Assembly (NCBI GenBank): GCA_963805975.1 | Contig: CAWDVR010000001.1 | Coordinates: 544,001-608,000, forward strand | Source: an uncultured Acidobacteriota bacterium | Lineage (GTDB): Bacteria; Acidobacteriota; Thermoanaerobaculia; Multivoradales; SZUA-115 | Length of the DNA stretch: 64,000 nt | Direction of reading: 5' to 3' | Translations under genes and position numbers: made by a program | In this document: in pieces, positions 1 through 12,831 of the stretch | Numbering within the stretch: the stretch's first letter is position 1 | Layout of the letters: each line of letters starts with the position of its first letter | Notes under the pieces: generated by a model | Database searches by the model: none | What the model was told of the DNA's origin: nothing | Seen by the model: only the letters and a program-made list of their open reading frames with translations

Positions 1-436
1 CCAGTTCACCGACATGCACCAGGTGTTCCTCGACAACTACGTCTCCGCCCGGCCCGAGACCCCGATCTGGGAAGCGGCGCCCGGCGACTCGATCCGTTTC
101 CGCGTCGTTCACCCGGCCGGCAACACCCAGAACCAGACCTTCGAGGTGCAGGGGCACGTCTGGTACGAGGAGCCGTTCCTGACCTCCGCGATCCCGTCGC
201 AGGGCATCGGCTACAGCACGGTCTCGAACTGGGAAGGCGTACACAACGGCATCGGCCCCGGCGGGCACTTGCAGTGCCTGCTGCCCAGCGCCGGCGGTGC
301 CTACCAGATCCAGGGCGAGTACATGTACAAGAGCTACGTGCCCTGGGCGCTCGACGACGGCCTCTGGGGCCTGCTGCAGGTCGACCCGACGCTGCCCCCG
401 ACCGTGGGCTCTTCGTCGATCGACACCGGCAAGTAG
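1..436 (+). CDS. C-terminal part of a large multicopper-oxidase-like (cupredoxin) protein; 5' end lies outside the window
   Basis: PIWEAAPGDSIRFRVVHP...FEVQGHVW...GEYMYKS...GLWGLLQV resembles the terminal cupredoxin domain of MnxG-type oxidases; frame is open from the window start; SCO genes lie downstream. Confidence 0.65.
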   Translation, partial: QFTDMHQVFLDNYVSARPETPIWEAAPGDSIRFRVVHPAGNTQNQTFEVQGHVWYEEPFLTSAIPSQGIGYSTVSNWEGVHNGIGPGGHLQCLLPSAGGAYQIQGEYMYKSYVPWALDDGLWGLLQVDPTLPPTVGSSSIDTGK

Positions 437-454
437 AAGACAGCGAGATCGACC

Positions 455-2512
455 ATGAAACCTACTCTTATCTCTTGGACGTCCCTTGCGGCCCGCCGGC
501 TGGGTGCCGCCTCGCTCCTCGGAGCGCTGGCGGCGGCCCCGCAGGCGGTTGCCACCTCCCCGGCCGAGGCGACGGCCCCGGCCGGGGGCCTTTCTTCTTC
601 GACTACCGCTTCTTCGACCCCAGGCAGCGTCCCTTCCGGCCACTACCAGGTGGAGCACTCGGGGCTTCGGGTCGACCTCACCCTCGACTCGCTCGCCGAG
701 CCGCGCCCCGCCGGCCGGTTCGAGGAGCGCGATCCACTGTCCGTCTCCATCCGGGTCACGGACGCGGCGACCGGCGCCCCGATGGCCGGGCTCTCGCCGG
801 CCGCCTGGCTGGACCTGATCCCCTCCGCGGCCGATGACGGCCCGCAAGCGTGCAAGCTCAAGCTGCAGAACTTCCTGAGCGGCGCGCTGCTCTCGGCGCC
901 GGCGGTCTCCCTCAACTCTTTCTACGTGGTGGCGCTCAACTCCGAGCCCTCGCTCACCGTCATCGACCCGCTCTCCGGCTTCGGCGGCTCGAAGCTCCTG
1001 GCGCTGGTGGACCTCTCCTCGCCCGGCGAGGACTGGGTGCTCACCCGCGACGGCGCCTGGCTGTTCGTCTCCCTGCCGGCCTCGGGCCGGGTGGCGGTGG
1101 TCGACACCGCGCGCTTCAAGCTGGTGACCGAGATCGAGACCGGCGGCCGCCCGTCCCGCCTCCTCCTGCAACCGGACGAGGGCTACCTGTGGGTGGCGGA
1201 TGGCTCCACGGCTGCGGGCTCGGGCGTGACGGTGATCGACACCGCACGCCGCACCGTGGTGGGCCGTATCGCCACCGGCGCCGGCCCGCACGACCTCGCC
1301 GTGGCGGGCGACGGGCGGCACGTGTTCGTGACCAACGAGACGGCGGGCACGCTCTCCGTGCTCGAGGTCGATTCGCTGTCCCGCCGCGCCGAGATCGCCA
1401 CCGGGCCACGGCCCGTGGCGCTCGCCTACTCGGCCCTCTCCGGCGCCGTCTACGTGTCGGACGCCGTGGCCGGTACGGTCACCGTGGTCGACGCCGCCCG
1501 CCACCAGGTGGTGGCGCAGATCGAGGCGGAGCCCGGCCTCGGCCAGGTCCGCTTCGCGCCGGACGGCCGCCTGGCCTTCGTGGTCAACCCCGGCGCCGAC
1601 AAGGTCCATATCCTCGACGGCGCCAGCCATCGCCTGGTGCAGACCGCGGAGGTCGAGGACGAGCCGTACCAGGTGAGCTTCACCGACACCCTGGCCTACA
1701 TTCGCCACCGGGCGAGCGAGACGGTGATGATGGTCCCCCTCGCGGCAGTGGGGGAGCCGGGCCGGACAGTGCCCGTGGCGAGCTTCCCGGGCGGCCAGAA
1801 GGCTCCCGGCAGCACGGTTCCCGCGAGCCTCGCTGCCGGCATCGTGCCCGCCGACAAGCCCACGGCCGTGCTGGTCGGCAACCCGCTGGACCGCACCATC
1901 TACTACTACATGGAGGGTTCCGCGGCGCCGATGGGGAGCTTCCAGAACTACGGCCGCGAGCCCCGCGCCGTGCTGGCGGTGGACCGCAGCCTCCGGCAGT
2001 CCGCGGCCGGAGTGTACGAGGCGAAGGCGCGGCTCGCCGGCGCCGGCGTCTACGACCTGGCGCTGTTCGTGGACTCGCCGCGCATCTCCCACTGCTTCCG
2101 CTTCGAGGTCGAGGCCAATCCCGAGCTCGAGCGCCAGCGCCTGGCGGCCCAGGGAGCGCGGGTCGATTTCCTGACCCTGGCGGACGAGGTGGCGGTGGGC
2201 GAACCGGTCGCGGTCCGCTTCCGGTTGAGCGACCCGGTGAGCGGCCTGCCGATGGCGGGCTTGCGGGACGTGGTGGCGCGCGCCTTCCTCGTTCCCGGCA
2301 TCTGGCAGGGACGGCTCCCCGCCGTCGAGATCGCCGCGGGTCTGTACCAGGTGGAGCTGACGCCGGCCGCGGCCGGCTCCTACGTCGTGCAGCTCGAAGC
2401 GCCGTCGGCCCGGCTCACCGTCAACCGCTCGCCGAGCCTGAATTTGCAGGTCGTCGAGCGCGCCCCCGCACAGGCCGCAAAGTCCAACTCCGAGCCGAGG
2501 AGAACGCCATGA
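455..2512 (+). CDS. Secreted YVTN/cytochrome-D1-like beta-propeller protein with a C-terminal YtkA-like domain
   Basis: Signal peptide; repeated blades (VAVVDT, IATGAGPHDL, VFVTNE); C-terminal GLYQVELTP..AGSY. Confidence 0.8.
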   Translation: MKPTLISWTSLAARRLGAASLLGALAAAPQAVATSPAEATAPAGGLSSSTTASSTPGSVPSGHYQVEHSGLRVDLTLDSLAEPRPAGRFEERDPLSVSIRVTDAATGAPMAGLSPAAWLDLIPSAADDGPQACKLKLQNFLSGALLSAPAVSLNSFYVVALNSEPSLTVIDPLSGFGGSKLLALVDLSSPGEDWVLTRDGAWLFVSLPASGRVAVVDTARFKLVTEIETGGRPSRLLLQPDEGYLWVADGSTAAGSGVTVIDTARRTVVGRIATGAGPHDLAVAGDGRHVFVTNETAGTLSVLEVDSLSRRAEIATGPRPVALAYSALSGAVYVSDAVAGTVTVVDAARHQVVAQIEAEPGLGQVRFAPDGRLAFVVNPGADKVHILDGASHRLVQTAEVEDEPYQVSFTDTLAYIRHRASETVMMVPLAAVGEPGRTVPVASFPGGQKAPGSTVPASLAAGIVPADKPTAVLVGNPLDRTIYYYMEGSAAPMGSFQNYGREPRAVLAVDRSLRQSAAGVYEAKARLAGAGVYDLALFVDSPRISHCFRFEVEANPELERQRLAAQGARVDFLTLADEVAVGEPVAVRFRLSDPVSGLPMAGLRDVVARAFLVPGIWQGRLPAVEIAAGLYQVELTPAAAGSYVVQLEAPSARLTVNRSPSLNLQVVERAPAQAAKSNSEPRRTP

Positions 2513-3219
2513 CCTTGCGACGCTCGACCAAGAAGCTTGAAGCTCTCCTGGCTCTCTCGCTGGCGCTCGGAGCAGCCTCCGTGGGCTTCCGGCCCGGGCA
2601 AGCCCACGCTGCGGAGCAGGCGGCCGGAGCCCCCTGCCACGCTGAGCACGGCACGGCGACGGCGCCCTCCGAGCCGCGCTCCGAGGTGGTGCCGGAGGTA
2701 GTGACCGCCCGGCTCGAGATCCCGGACCTCGAGCTGACCGACCAGGACGGCAAACCGGTGCGTTTCTATCGCGACCTGGTGGCGGGCCGCCTGGTCGCCA
2801 TGAACTTCATCTTCACCACCTGCACCACCATCTGCCCGCCTATGGGCGCCAACTTCGCCAAGCTCGGACGAGTCCTCGCCCGGCGCCAGGGAGCGCCGGT
2901 GGCGCTGGTCTCGGTGTCGATCGACCCGGCCACGGACACGCCGGCGCGGCTCAAGGCCTGGCGGGACAATCTGCTGGGTGCCGGTCCGGCATCGAGCCCG
3001 TGGACGCTCGTCACCGGCCCGAGACAGGAGATGACGGCCCTCCTGAAGGCGCTCAACGCCTTCAACGCGGACAAGGCACGCCACACGCCGTTCCTGCTCC
3101 TCGGCAACGAGGCCACCGGCGAGTGGCGGCGCGTCTACGGCTTGACGCCCCCTGCCGAGCTTGCCAAGCTGCTCGACGAGCTCGCCACCACCACCGTCGC
3201 CAAGGGAGTCGCACCATGA
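2509..3219 (+). CDS. SCO1/SenC family copper chaperone
   Basis: FIFTTCTTICP CxxxC motif, SIDPATDTP, distal His (ARHTP); ATGA overlap with the upstream stop. Confidence 0.88.
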   Translation: MTLRRSTKKLEALLALSLALGAASVGFRPGQAHAAEQAAGAPCHAEHGTATAPSEPRSEVVPEVVTARLEIPDLELTDQDGKPVRFYRDLVAGRLVAMNFIFTTCTTICPPMGANFAKLGRVLARRQGAPVALVSVSIDPATDTPARLKAWRDNLLGAGPASSPWTLVTGPRQEMTALLKALNAFNADKARHTPFLLLGNEATGEWRRVYGLTPPAELAKLLDELATTTVAKGVAP

Positions 3220-3803
3220 GCCCGCTCTCCTATCGCCCGGCACTCGCGGCTCTCGCCGTGGCCGCTCTGCTCCTCGGAACCGCCAGCCCTCGGGCTTGGG
3301 CCGCAGGCGGCACCGACACCGCCCGCAACTACTTCACCGACGTGGGCCTGGTCAACCAGGACGGCGAGGAGATGCGCTTCTACAGCGATCTGCTGCAGGG
3401 CAAGATGGTGGTCATCAGCTCGATCTTCACCACCTGCACCGGCGCCTGCCCGGTGACCTCCAAGAACATGCAGAAGATCCAGCAGTTCCTGGGCGACCGC
3501 CTGGGCAAAGACGTGGTGATGCTCTCGATCACCGTCGATCCGGCCACCGACACGCCGCCCAAGATGAAAGAGCTCGCAGAGCAGCTCGGCGCCAGGCCGG
3601 GCTGGTATTTCCTGACGGGCACGCCCGCCAACGTGGAGCTGGCGCTCGGCAAGCTGGGCTCCGCGGTCAGAGAGCCGGAGGACCACAACAACCTGATCTT
3701 CGTCGGCAACGAGCGCACCGGCCTGTGGAAGAAAGCCTTCGGCCTCGCCGCGAGCGAAGAGCTGCTCCCGATCGTGCAGTCGGTGCTGGAGGACGAAGGC
3801 TAG
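3216..3803 (+). CDS. Second SCO1/SenC family protein
   Basis: IFTTCTGACP, TVDPATDTP, WYFLTG, EDHNN; ATGA overlap. Confidence 0.88.
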   Translation: MSPLSYRPALAALAVAALLLGTASPRAWAAGGTDTARNYFTDVGLVNQDGEEMRFYSDLLQGKMVVISSIFTTCTGACPVTSKNMQKIQQFLGDRLGKDVVMLSITVDPATDTPPKMKELAEQLGARPGWYFLTGTPANVELALGKLGSAVREPEDHNNLIFVGNERTGLWKKAFGLAASEELLPIVQSVLEDEG

Positions 3804-3825
3804 GAAGTCGCGGCATCCACCCGGA

Positions 3826-6365
<2,540 letters not shown>

Positions 6366-6369
<4 letters not shown>

Positions 6370-6959
6370 GGCTGCATCTCCTCCGCCAGCCAGGCCTTGG
6401 CCCGCATCCAGAGCCGCTGCGCGGTGCGCAGCGAGAGACCGAGGGCCGTGGCCGTCTCCTCTTCGCTGTAGCCGCCGAAGACCCGGCACTCGACCACCCG
6501 GACCAGGCGGGTGTCCAACTCGGATAAACGGAAAAGCGCCTGCTCGACCGCCAGCACCTGCTCGATCTCGGCGTCGATCGCCGGCGGCTCGTCGGCGGGA
6601 GGCGCCGCCGCCTGGTCGCCGCCCCGCTTGCTCGCGCCGCGGCGGCGGGCGTAGTCGACCAGGATCTGGCGCATCGCCCTGGCGCTCACGGCGAAGAAAT
6701 GGCCGCGATCGGCATAGGCGCCGGCGTGGTCGGCCAGCTTCAGGTAGGCCTCGTGGACCAGGGCGGTGGTCTCGAGGGTATGACCGGGCCGGATGCGGCC
6801 CAGCTGGCCATGGGCGATGCGGCGGAGATCGGCGTACAAGAGCGGCATCAGGCGGTCGAAAGCGGCGCGATCTCCCTCGGCCGCGAGGCGGAGGAGCTCT
6901 GCGATCGCGCTGCGATCGAGCGAATCGGCGGTCGTGGGGGCGGTGGGATCCGTGGACAT
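6366..6959 (-). CDS. ECF sigma factor of the kinase-associated type (ECF43-like)
   Basis: LYADLRRIA, HTLETTALVHEAYLKL, AMRQILVDYAR, sigma4 HTH ETATALGLSLRT; coupled to the kinase. Confidence 0.9.
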
Positions 6960-7065
6960 TTCGGCTCCTTCGGGCGAGCTGTGAGCTCGTCGCGGCGCGG
7001 ATGCTACCTGTGGGGCGTCGCCTGCGCGCGAATCGCGCACGGCCTACAATGCCCGGCGAGGAAGA

Positions 7066-8688
7066 ATGCCCGCGGAGCGCACCCTGATCCGAGACTGCGA
7101 ATACCCTCTTCCGGGAGGTCGGCCGCGCTCTCCACGCGGGGCGCTAGTGAGCGTCTCGTGCGCCGTGCTCGGCCTTCTTTCCCTGGGGTGGGTGGCGCTC
7201 GCCGCCGGCGCGCTCGCTCCCGCCGAGCAGCGCGGCAAGCAGATCTATCTCACCGGCAAGAGCCCCGGTGGGGGAGAGATCGTCGCCACCCTCGGCCAGG
7301 GCGGTGTCGAGGTGCCGGCCGGCCTGATGCCCTGCGGAAGCTGCCACGGGGCGGACGGCCGCGGGCGGCCCGAGGGCGGTGCGGTGCCGTCCGACATCAC
7401 CTGGCCCGCCCTCACGCGAAGCTACGGCGTGCGCCACGCGGACGGCCGCGAGCACCCGCCCTACGACGAGCGCTCCCTGGTCAAGGCCATCACCCTCGGT
7501 GTCGATCCGGCGGGCAACGCGCTCTCCGCCGTCATGCCCCGCTACCGGCTGTCGCAGCAAGACGCGGCCGACCTGGTAGCCTACCTCGGGCGCATCGCCG
7601 AGGACCGCGACCCCGGGATCGGCGAGGACGCTCTCACGCTCGGCCTCGTCCTGCCGCCCGAGCCCGGTGCCGCCGCCGGCGTCGAGACCGTGCTCGGCGC
7701 GCTGGCCGGCGAGCTCAACGGCAAGGGCGGCCTCTACGCGAGAAAGCTCCGCCTCGTGCGCGCAGCGCCCACGGGCACGCCGGCGGAGCGGGCCGCGGCG
7801 CTCGCGGCGTTCCTCGACCGCGAGCAGCCGTTCGCGCTGCTGGCGCCGTTCCTGGCCGGCGCCGAGCGCGAGATGGGAGCGGTGCTGGCCGAGCGCGGCA
7901 TTCCCGCGGTGGGCGCCCTGGCGGCCGAGCCCGTGCTCGAGACGCCGCTCAACCGCTCCGTGTTCTACCTCTACGGCGGCATCACTCACCAGACGCTGGC
8001 GCTGGTGGATCGCCTGGCGGCGCCGCCGGCCGGGCCCTGGGCGCTGGCGCTGCCCGCGGGCCGGGCCCGGGAGCTCGAAGGGCTGGCGGCGGCGGTGGAG
8101 CGGCGAGCGGCGGCCCGAGGCCTGGCGCCCGCGCGGCGGCTGGCGTATGCCGAGGCGAGCGAGGCCGTGGCCGGCGCGGCGGAGGCCGGAGCCAGGTCCG
8201 TGATCTTCCTCGGCGGTGCGGCGGAGGCCGCCGCGTTTCTCGACGAAGCCGCGGCACGCGGCTGGGAGGGCCGGTTTCTCGCCCCTGGCGGCGCGGCCGG
8301 GCCGACCGTGCTCGGGAGGGCGAGCGCTTTCCGCGGCAAGGTGACGCTCTCCTTCTCGACCCTGCCGTCCGACCTTCGGCCCGAGGCCCTCGCCGAGCTC
8401 GAGCGGCTGTCGGGAGGTGCCGAGGCGGCGCGCTCGGGCCGGCCGGCGCGCGCCTCGGCGCTCGCCGCCGCCCGGCTGCTGGTGGAGGCGCTGGCGGGCC
8501 TGGGCCGCGACCTGAGCCGCGAGGGCCTGGTGCAGGCGCTCGAAGGCGTCTATCGCTTCGAGACCGGGCTCACACCGCCGCTCAGCTTCGGCCCCAACTC
8601 CCGAGTCGGTGCCGCGGGCGCCTGGCTGGTGGAGGTCGAGCCGTCGTCCGGCGCGGTGCTGGGCGCGGAATGGCTCAGGCTGGAGTGA
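7066..8688 (+). CDS. Cytochrome c fused to a periplasmic (branched-chain type) ligand-binding domain; start uncertain
   Basis: CGSCHG heme motif, distal MPRY, then a type I PBP-like domain (ELNGKGGLYARKLRL...TPPLSFGP). Confidence 0.8.
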   Translation: MPAERTLIRDCEYPLPGGRPRSPRGALVSVSCAVLGLLSLGWVALAAGALAPAEQRGKQIYLTGKSPGGGEIVATLGQGGVEVPAGLMPCGSCHGADGRGRPEGGAVPSDITWPALTRSYGVRHADGREHPPYDERSLVKAITLGVDPAGNALSAVMPRYRLSQQDAADLVAYLGRIAEDRDPGIGEDALTLGLVLPPEPGAAAGVETVLGALAGELNGKGGLYARKLRLVRAAPTGTPAERAAALAAFLDREQPFALLAPFLAGAEREMGAVLAERGIPAVGALAAEPVLETPLNRSVFYLYGGITHQTLALVDRLAAPPAGPWALALPAGRARELEGLAAAVERRAAARGLAPARRLAYAEASEAVAGAAEAGARSVIFLGGAAEAAAFLDEAAARGWEGRFLAPGGAAGPTVLGRASAFRGKVTLSFSTLPSDLRPEALAELERLSGGAEAARSGRPARASALAAARLLVEALAGLGRDLSREGLVQALEGVYRFETGLTPPLSFGPNSRVGAAGAWLVEVEPSSGAVLGAEWLRLE

Positions 8689-10303
8689 GCGCCGCGCTCG
8701 CCGCCCGCCGGCGCGTCCGGCGCCAGACGGCCACGTCCCGGCGCAGGTAGAGGCCCAGCCACACCACCAGCAGCACCGCGAGCAGGCCGTTGAAGACGCT
8801 GTAGCTCTCGTAGCGCCCGGATTGGAAGAGGAAAAAGACGTAGTAGAGGCCGTAGAGCACGGCCTGGGAGACCGCCAGCAGCCGCGCTCGCCTTGTCCCC
8901 TCCGGCCCCGGCGCCGCGAGGCAGGGGAGGAGCGCCAGGCAGGCCCAGTAGTAGCGGGACGCCACCACCAGCGCGAAGAGCGGCACCAGGCCGAAGAGCA
9001 GCGCGTCGACCCCCTTGCGGCGGCCCAGCACCAGAACGTATCCCAGGAGGAAGATCACGGCCGCCGCCCTGTACAGCGGCTCCTGGCGTGCGAAGGTCTC
9101 CCGCCGCTCGTCCCCGGAGCGGTCGAGGTCGAGGCTCGTCACCTCGTGCGTGAACCAGTGCTTGAGCCCCACCCGCTGCTCCCCGAACACGTGGAGCTCG
9201 CTGTGGTGGGTGATCCTCCGGCCGAAGTCCTCCCATGCCCGGAAGCCGTGGCCGCCCAGCGAGCCGATGCCAAGACCGGCGAGGCAGAACAGGGCGAAGG
9301 CGGCGGTGAAGCGGAGGGCGACCCGATCCAGCCTGCCGGTGCGCACCCAGCGAAGGGCGGCGGGAGCCAGGGCCGAGGCCACCAGGAGCAGAGGAAACAC
9401 GCGCGCCATGGTGGCGAAGGCCAGGGCCGCCGCCGCGGGCAGCGGTTGCCGGCGCTTGACGAAGCAGACGCCGGCGGCGATGGCGCAGAACCAGTCGTAC
9501 TGCAGGAAGCCCCCCAAGAGCCGCTGGAGATTGACCGGCGAGAGGGCCAGGAACAGCAGGACGAGCGCCGTGGTGCGGGCGCCGAAGGTGCGGCCGATGA
9601 GCCAGAAGGTGAGCACGAAGAGCAGCAGGTCGAGCCCGGTCAGGAGCTTGAGCGCCGCCGGGCTCGACGCCGGCAGCCAGCGGGTCAGCCAAGAGGCGGA
9701 CACGGTCCAGAACGGGCTCGGGTTGTAGCCGCGATCGCGCATCACACCCCGCCACTCTCGCGGGCTCATCTGCGGCTGCAAGGCGGCGAGGTCGTCCTTG
9801 AAATCCTGCCAGCGCTCCGGGCTGAAATGGTCCGCGGGCCGGTAGCGGGCCTCGGCCGCGGCGCGGGGCCCGACCTCGTAGGTCTCGAGGTTGCGCACCC
9901 GCTCGACGCCGTTCCAGTAGCCGCCAGCCTCGTGGTCCGCGGCGAGCGCGGCGACGTAGAGGTCGTGGTAGCCGAGCTCGTCGAAGTACTCGGCGCCCAG
10001 GTAGTAGTGAAAGACCGGCCACACCCGCACCCAGGGGCTGGTCGTGAAGCGCCAGAGGTCCGGCCCCGCGCCATGGGCGAGCGCGGCCACGGCGAGGGCG
10101 ACCAGCAGGCGGGTACGCGCGACCTCGCTCAGGCGCCCGCCCGAGGGCAGGCGTGGCAGGACCAGCGCCGCGAGAGCGAGGAGCAGGAGGCTGATCCGCA
10201 CCGGCGTCGAGGGGAGCAGGAGGGTGGTTCCCAGGGTGGCCGCCGCCAAACCGAGAGTGGCGAGCACCGAGGCCGGGGTCCAGAGGCGGGTCGCGGGCGG
10301 CAT
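8675..10303 (-). CDS. Polytopic membrane protein, probable GT-C fold glycosyltransferase (GT87-like)
   Basis: Many TM helices; loop motifs FHYYLGAEYFDELGY, RGYNPSPFW, GGFLQYDW. Confidence 0.55.
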   Translation of the reverse strand: MPPATRLWTPASVLATLGLAAATLGTTLLLPSTPVRISLLLLALAALVLPRLPSGGRLSEVARTRLLVALAVAALAHGAGPDLWRFTTSPWVRVWPVFHYYLGAEYFDELGYHDLYVAALAADHEAGGYWNGVERVRNLETYEVGPRAAAEARYRPADHFSPERWQDFKDDLAALQPQMSPREWRGVMRDRGYNPSPFWTVSASWLTRWLPASSPAALKLLTGLDLLLFVLTFWLIGRTFGARTTALVLLFLALSPVNLQRLLGGFLQYDWFCAIAAGVCFVKRRQPLPAAAALAFATMARVFPLLLVASALAPAALRWVRTGRLDRVALRFTAAFALFCLAGLGIGSLGGHGFRAWEDFGRRITHHSELHVFGEQRVGLKHWFTHEVTSLDLDRSGDERRETFARQEPLYRAAAVIFLLGYVLVLGRRKGVDALLFGLVPLFALVVASRYYWACLALLPCLAAPGPEGTRRARLLAVSQAVLYGLYYVFFLFQSGRYESYSVFNGLLAVLLVVWLGLYLRRDVAVWRRTRRRAASAALTPA

Positions 10304-10391
10304 GGGAGCGGACTTTCGCAGGGTGTACCTTACCGTTGCATGACGAGAGGCCGGCGCAATAGACGCCGAGACCGATAAGATCGGGCCTCGC

Positions 10392-11069
10392 ATGAAAATC
10401 CTGCTGGTCGAGGACGATCCCCTACTTTCCGAGGCGGTGGCCGAAGTGCTGCGGGGTGAGTGCTACGCGGTCGACGTGGTCCGCGACGGCGCCTCCGCCT
10501 CGGAGAGCATGACAGTCAACGACTACGACCTCGTGGTGCTGGACTACACCATCCCTCCGCCCACCGGCATCGAGCTCGTCCGGCTGTGGCGTGAGGAGGG
10601 CCGCGCCACCCCCGTCCTGATGCTCACCGGCCGTTCGACGGTGGAGGACCGCGTCCTCGGCCTCGACGCCGGCGCCGACGACTACCTGGTGAAGCCCTTC
10701 GTCTTCGCCGAGCTCCTGGCCCGCGTGCGGAGCCTCCTGCGCCGGCGCGAGAAGCCGGTCGAGAGCGTGCTCGAGGCGGCCGACCTGCGCCTGGATCGCG
10801 CCGGCCACGAGGTGAGGGTCGCCGGCCGGCTCGTCGAGCTGTCGCCCAAGGAGTTCGCGCTGCTCGAGTACCTGCTCACGCGCAAGGACCAGGTGGTCTC
10901 CCGCGCCGAGATCGAGGAGCACGTCTGGGACTCCTCCTTCGACTCCTTCACCAACATCATCGACGTCCTCATCCACCGGCTGCGCAAGAAGATCGACGGC
11001 GACCGCGAAGCCCGCCTCATCCACACCGTCAAGGGTGCCGGGTATCGGCTGAGTGGGGAGCGGCGGTAA
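10392..11069 (+). CDS. OmpR-family response regulator with no adjacent kinase
   Basis: KILLVEDD, VVLD, LDAGADDYLVKPF, winged helix IHTVKGAGY. Confidence 0.93.
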   Translation: MKILLVEDDPLLSEAVAEVLRGECYAVDVVRDGASASESMTVNDYDLVVLDYTIPPPTGIELVRLWREEGRATPVLMLTGRSTVEDRVLGLDAGADDYLVKPFVFAELLARVRSLLRRREKPVESVLEAADLRLDRAGHEVRVAGRLVELSPKEFALLEYLLTRKDQVVSRAEIEEHVWDSSFDSFTNIIDVLIHRLRKKIDGDREARLIHTVKGAGYRLSGERR

Positions 11070-11265
11070 AAGCCGGCCTGACGAGAGTGGCTCCGCGGCG
11101 CACGAAGTACGGAGAACCCCCCACCTGTGAAGGCCAAGCTGACCGTCACGACCGAAGAAGACCTCATCCCGAGCCGAGCCGCCCCTTGTTGCAGGATTCT
11201 CTTGTTGTTACGATCCCTCTCCATCCATGCTGGAGAAGCACAGCCGGCTCTCGGAAGAGGTGTTC

Positions 11266-12768
11266 ATGGCTCGACATGGCCTTTGCGCAGTGGCAGGGAT
11301 CTCTCTGGCTCTTGCGGTCGCGCTGGCGCCGCCTGCCGCCGGGAACCCCGCCGTCTACAAGCAGCGCATCCGGCCAGGTGACGAGGCGAACCCCAAGGGG
11401 CCGGGCGGCCCTCCCGGTCACATCCACCCCACGGCCCTCGGCAGCGAGAGCTACCAGGCGACGACGGCCGATGGCCTCACCTGGGACCGGCCGCTGGGCT
11501 GTGGACCCGAGATCTCCGGGCTGGGGCCCGTCCGCTACCACGCGCAGCTTTTCACGGTGGACGCCGACGGTTTCTACGACATCTCGAGCGCCCAAGGCTT
11601 CGACGGCTACCTCCACCTCTATGCCGGCGCGTTCCTCCCCGATCCGCCCGCCCAGGCCAACGGTTGCATCGCCGCGAACGACGATGCCGCGGGCGGCATC
11701 GGCAGCTCCGGGATCCCGTACGTTCACCTGACCGCCGGCACCCCCTACTTCCTGGTCACCAGCGGCTTTGCCGCCGCCAACCACGGCACTTTCACCAATA
11801 CCCTCGGCGGCCCCGGCGAGGTCGCGATCGGTGGCCGCGGCGGGGACCTGGCTCTGACGGTGACACCGAGCGTGGAGGCCGCCGGGCCGGGCGATCCGTT
11901 CTTCTACGACGTGGTGATCACCAACCATGGCCCGGGCGCGGCCAACGCCGTCGAGGTCACGGCGACCCCGAGCGCCAACCTGAGCGTGGAGCACGGCACC
12001 TGCGGCTCGCTCCCGTGGTCGATCGGCACCCTGGCGGAGGGCGCCTCGGTGAGCTGCCGCCTCATGGTCACGGTCACCGGCTGCGGGCCGGCCACGCTGA
12101 CCGCGAGCGCCCAGGGCAACGAGCCGGACGAGCCCGCCGACAACACCGCCACCGGGGCCGTCAACTCCAACCGCGTGGCCGACCCGGATTTCGTGGCGGG
12201 CTCGCCGAGCTTCGCCTGGACCGAGACCTCGACCCGCTTCGGCACCCCGCTCTGCACCGCGGCCGTGTGCGGTACCGGCACCGGCACGGGCCCCAGCTCG
12301 GGCACCTGGTGGGCCTGGTTCGGCGGTACGCGGGGCTTCGAGGAGGGCCGGCTCACGCAGACCGTGACGGTGCCCGCCGGCGAGCAGGCATTTCTCGCTT
12401 TCGACCTCGAGATGTTCGTGTGCAGCGGCGACCCGGCGGATTTCCTCGAGGTGCGGGTGGACGGCGACCGCGTGTTCCATGCCGACGCCACCGATGCCCG
12501 CTGTGGAGCCCTCGGCTACGGCCGGCAGATGATCGACCTCGCGGCCTACGCCGACGACGGCCCCCACGTTCTCGATCTGCACTCGGTCACGGCGAGCAGC
12601 GTGGGGAGCAACTTCTTCGTCGACGACGTGTCCGTGTTCGCTTGCCGCGGCGTGACGCCGGTCGAGCCGCCGGGCATCCCGGCGCTCGACACGGCCGGGC
12701 TCGCTCTCCTGGCCCTCGCCCTGGCCGGCGGCGCGATGTGGGTGCTGCGCCGCCGCCGCGTGGCCTGA
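11266..12768 (+). CDS. Secreted surface protein with a DUF11 domain and an IPTL-CTERM-like sorting tail
   Basis: Signal peptide; DLALTVT...ITNHGPGAA...DNTAT (DUF11); tail IPALD + hydrophobic helix + RRRR; GAAGAGG RBS before ATG 11266. Confidence 0.8.
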   Translation: MARHGLCAVAGISLALAVALAPPAAGNPAVYKQRIRPGDEANPKGPGGPPGHIHPTALGSESYQATTADGLTWDRPLGCGPEISGLGPVRYHAQLFTVDADGFYDISSAQGFDGYLHLYAGAFLPDPPAQANGCIAANDDAAGGIGSSGIPYVHLTAGTPYFLVTSGFAAANHGTFTNTLGGPGEVAIGGRGGDLALTVTPSVEAAGPGDPFFYDVVITNHGPGAANAVEVTATPSANLSVEHGTCGSLPWSIGTLAEGASVSCRLMVTVTGCGPATLTASAQGNEPDEPADNTATGAVNSNRVADPDFVAGSPSFAWTETSTRFGTPLCTAAVCGTGTGTGPSSGTWWAWFGGTRGFEEGRLTQTVTVPAGEQAFLAFDLEMFVCSGDPADFLEVRVDGDRVFHADATDARCGALGYGRQMIDLAAYADDGPHVLDLHSVTASSVGSNFFVDDVSVFACRGVTPVEPPGIPALDTAGLALLALALAGGAMWVLRRRRVA

Positions 12769-12774
12769 GAGAAT

Positions 12775-12831
12775 GGCCGGTATAAGCCCGGCCGCTACAC
12801 CCGGAACGTAGCGGCCGGACCTGTGCCGGCC
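12775..12831. repeat. Inverted pair of GTAG-type REP-like palindromes
   Basis: GTAGCGGCCGGGCTTATACCGGCC on the minus strand (12775-12798) and GTAGCGGCCGGACCTGTGCCGGCC on the plus strand (12808-12831), between convergent genes. Confidence 0.65.

Noticed and set aside
850-2508. 789-aa ORF suggesting a large SCO fusion
   Set aside because: Arg/Gly/Pro-rich off-frame overlap; the real SCO gene starts at the ATGA junction at 2509.
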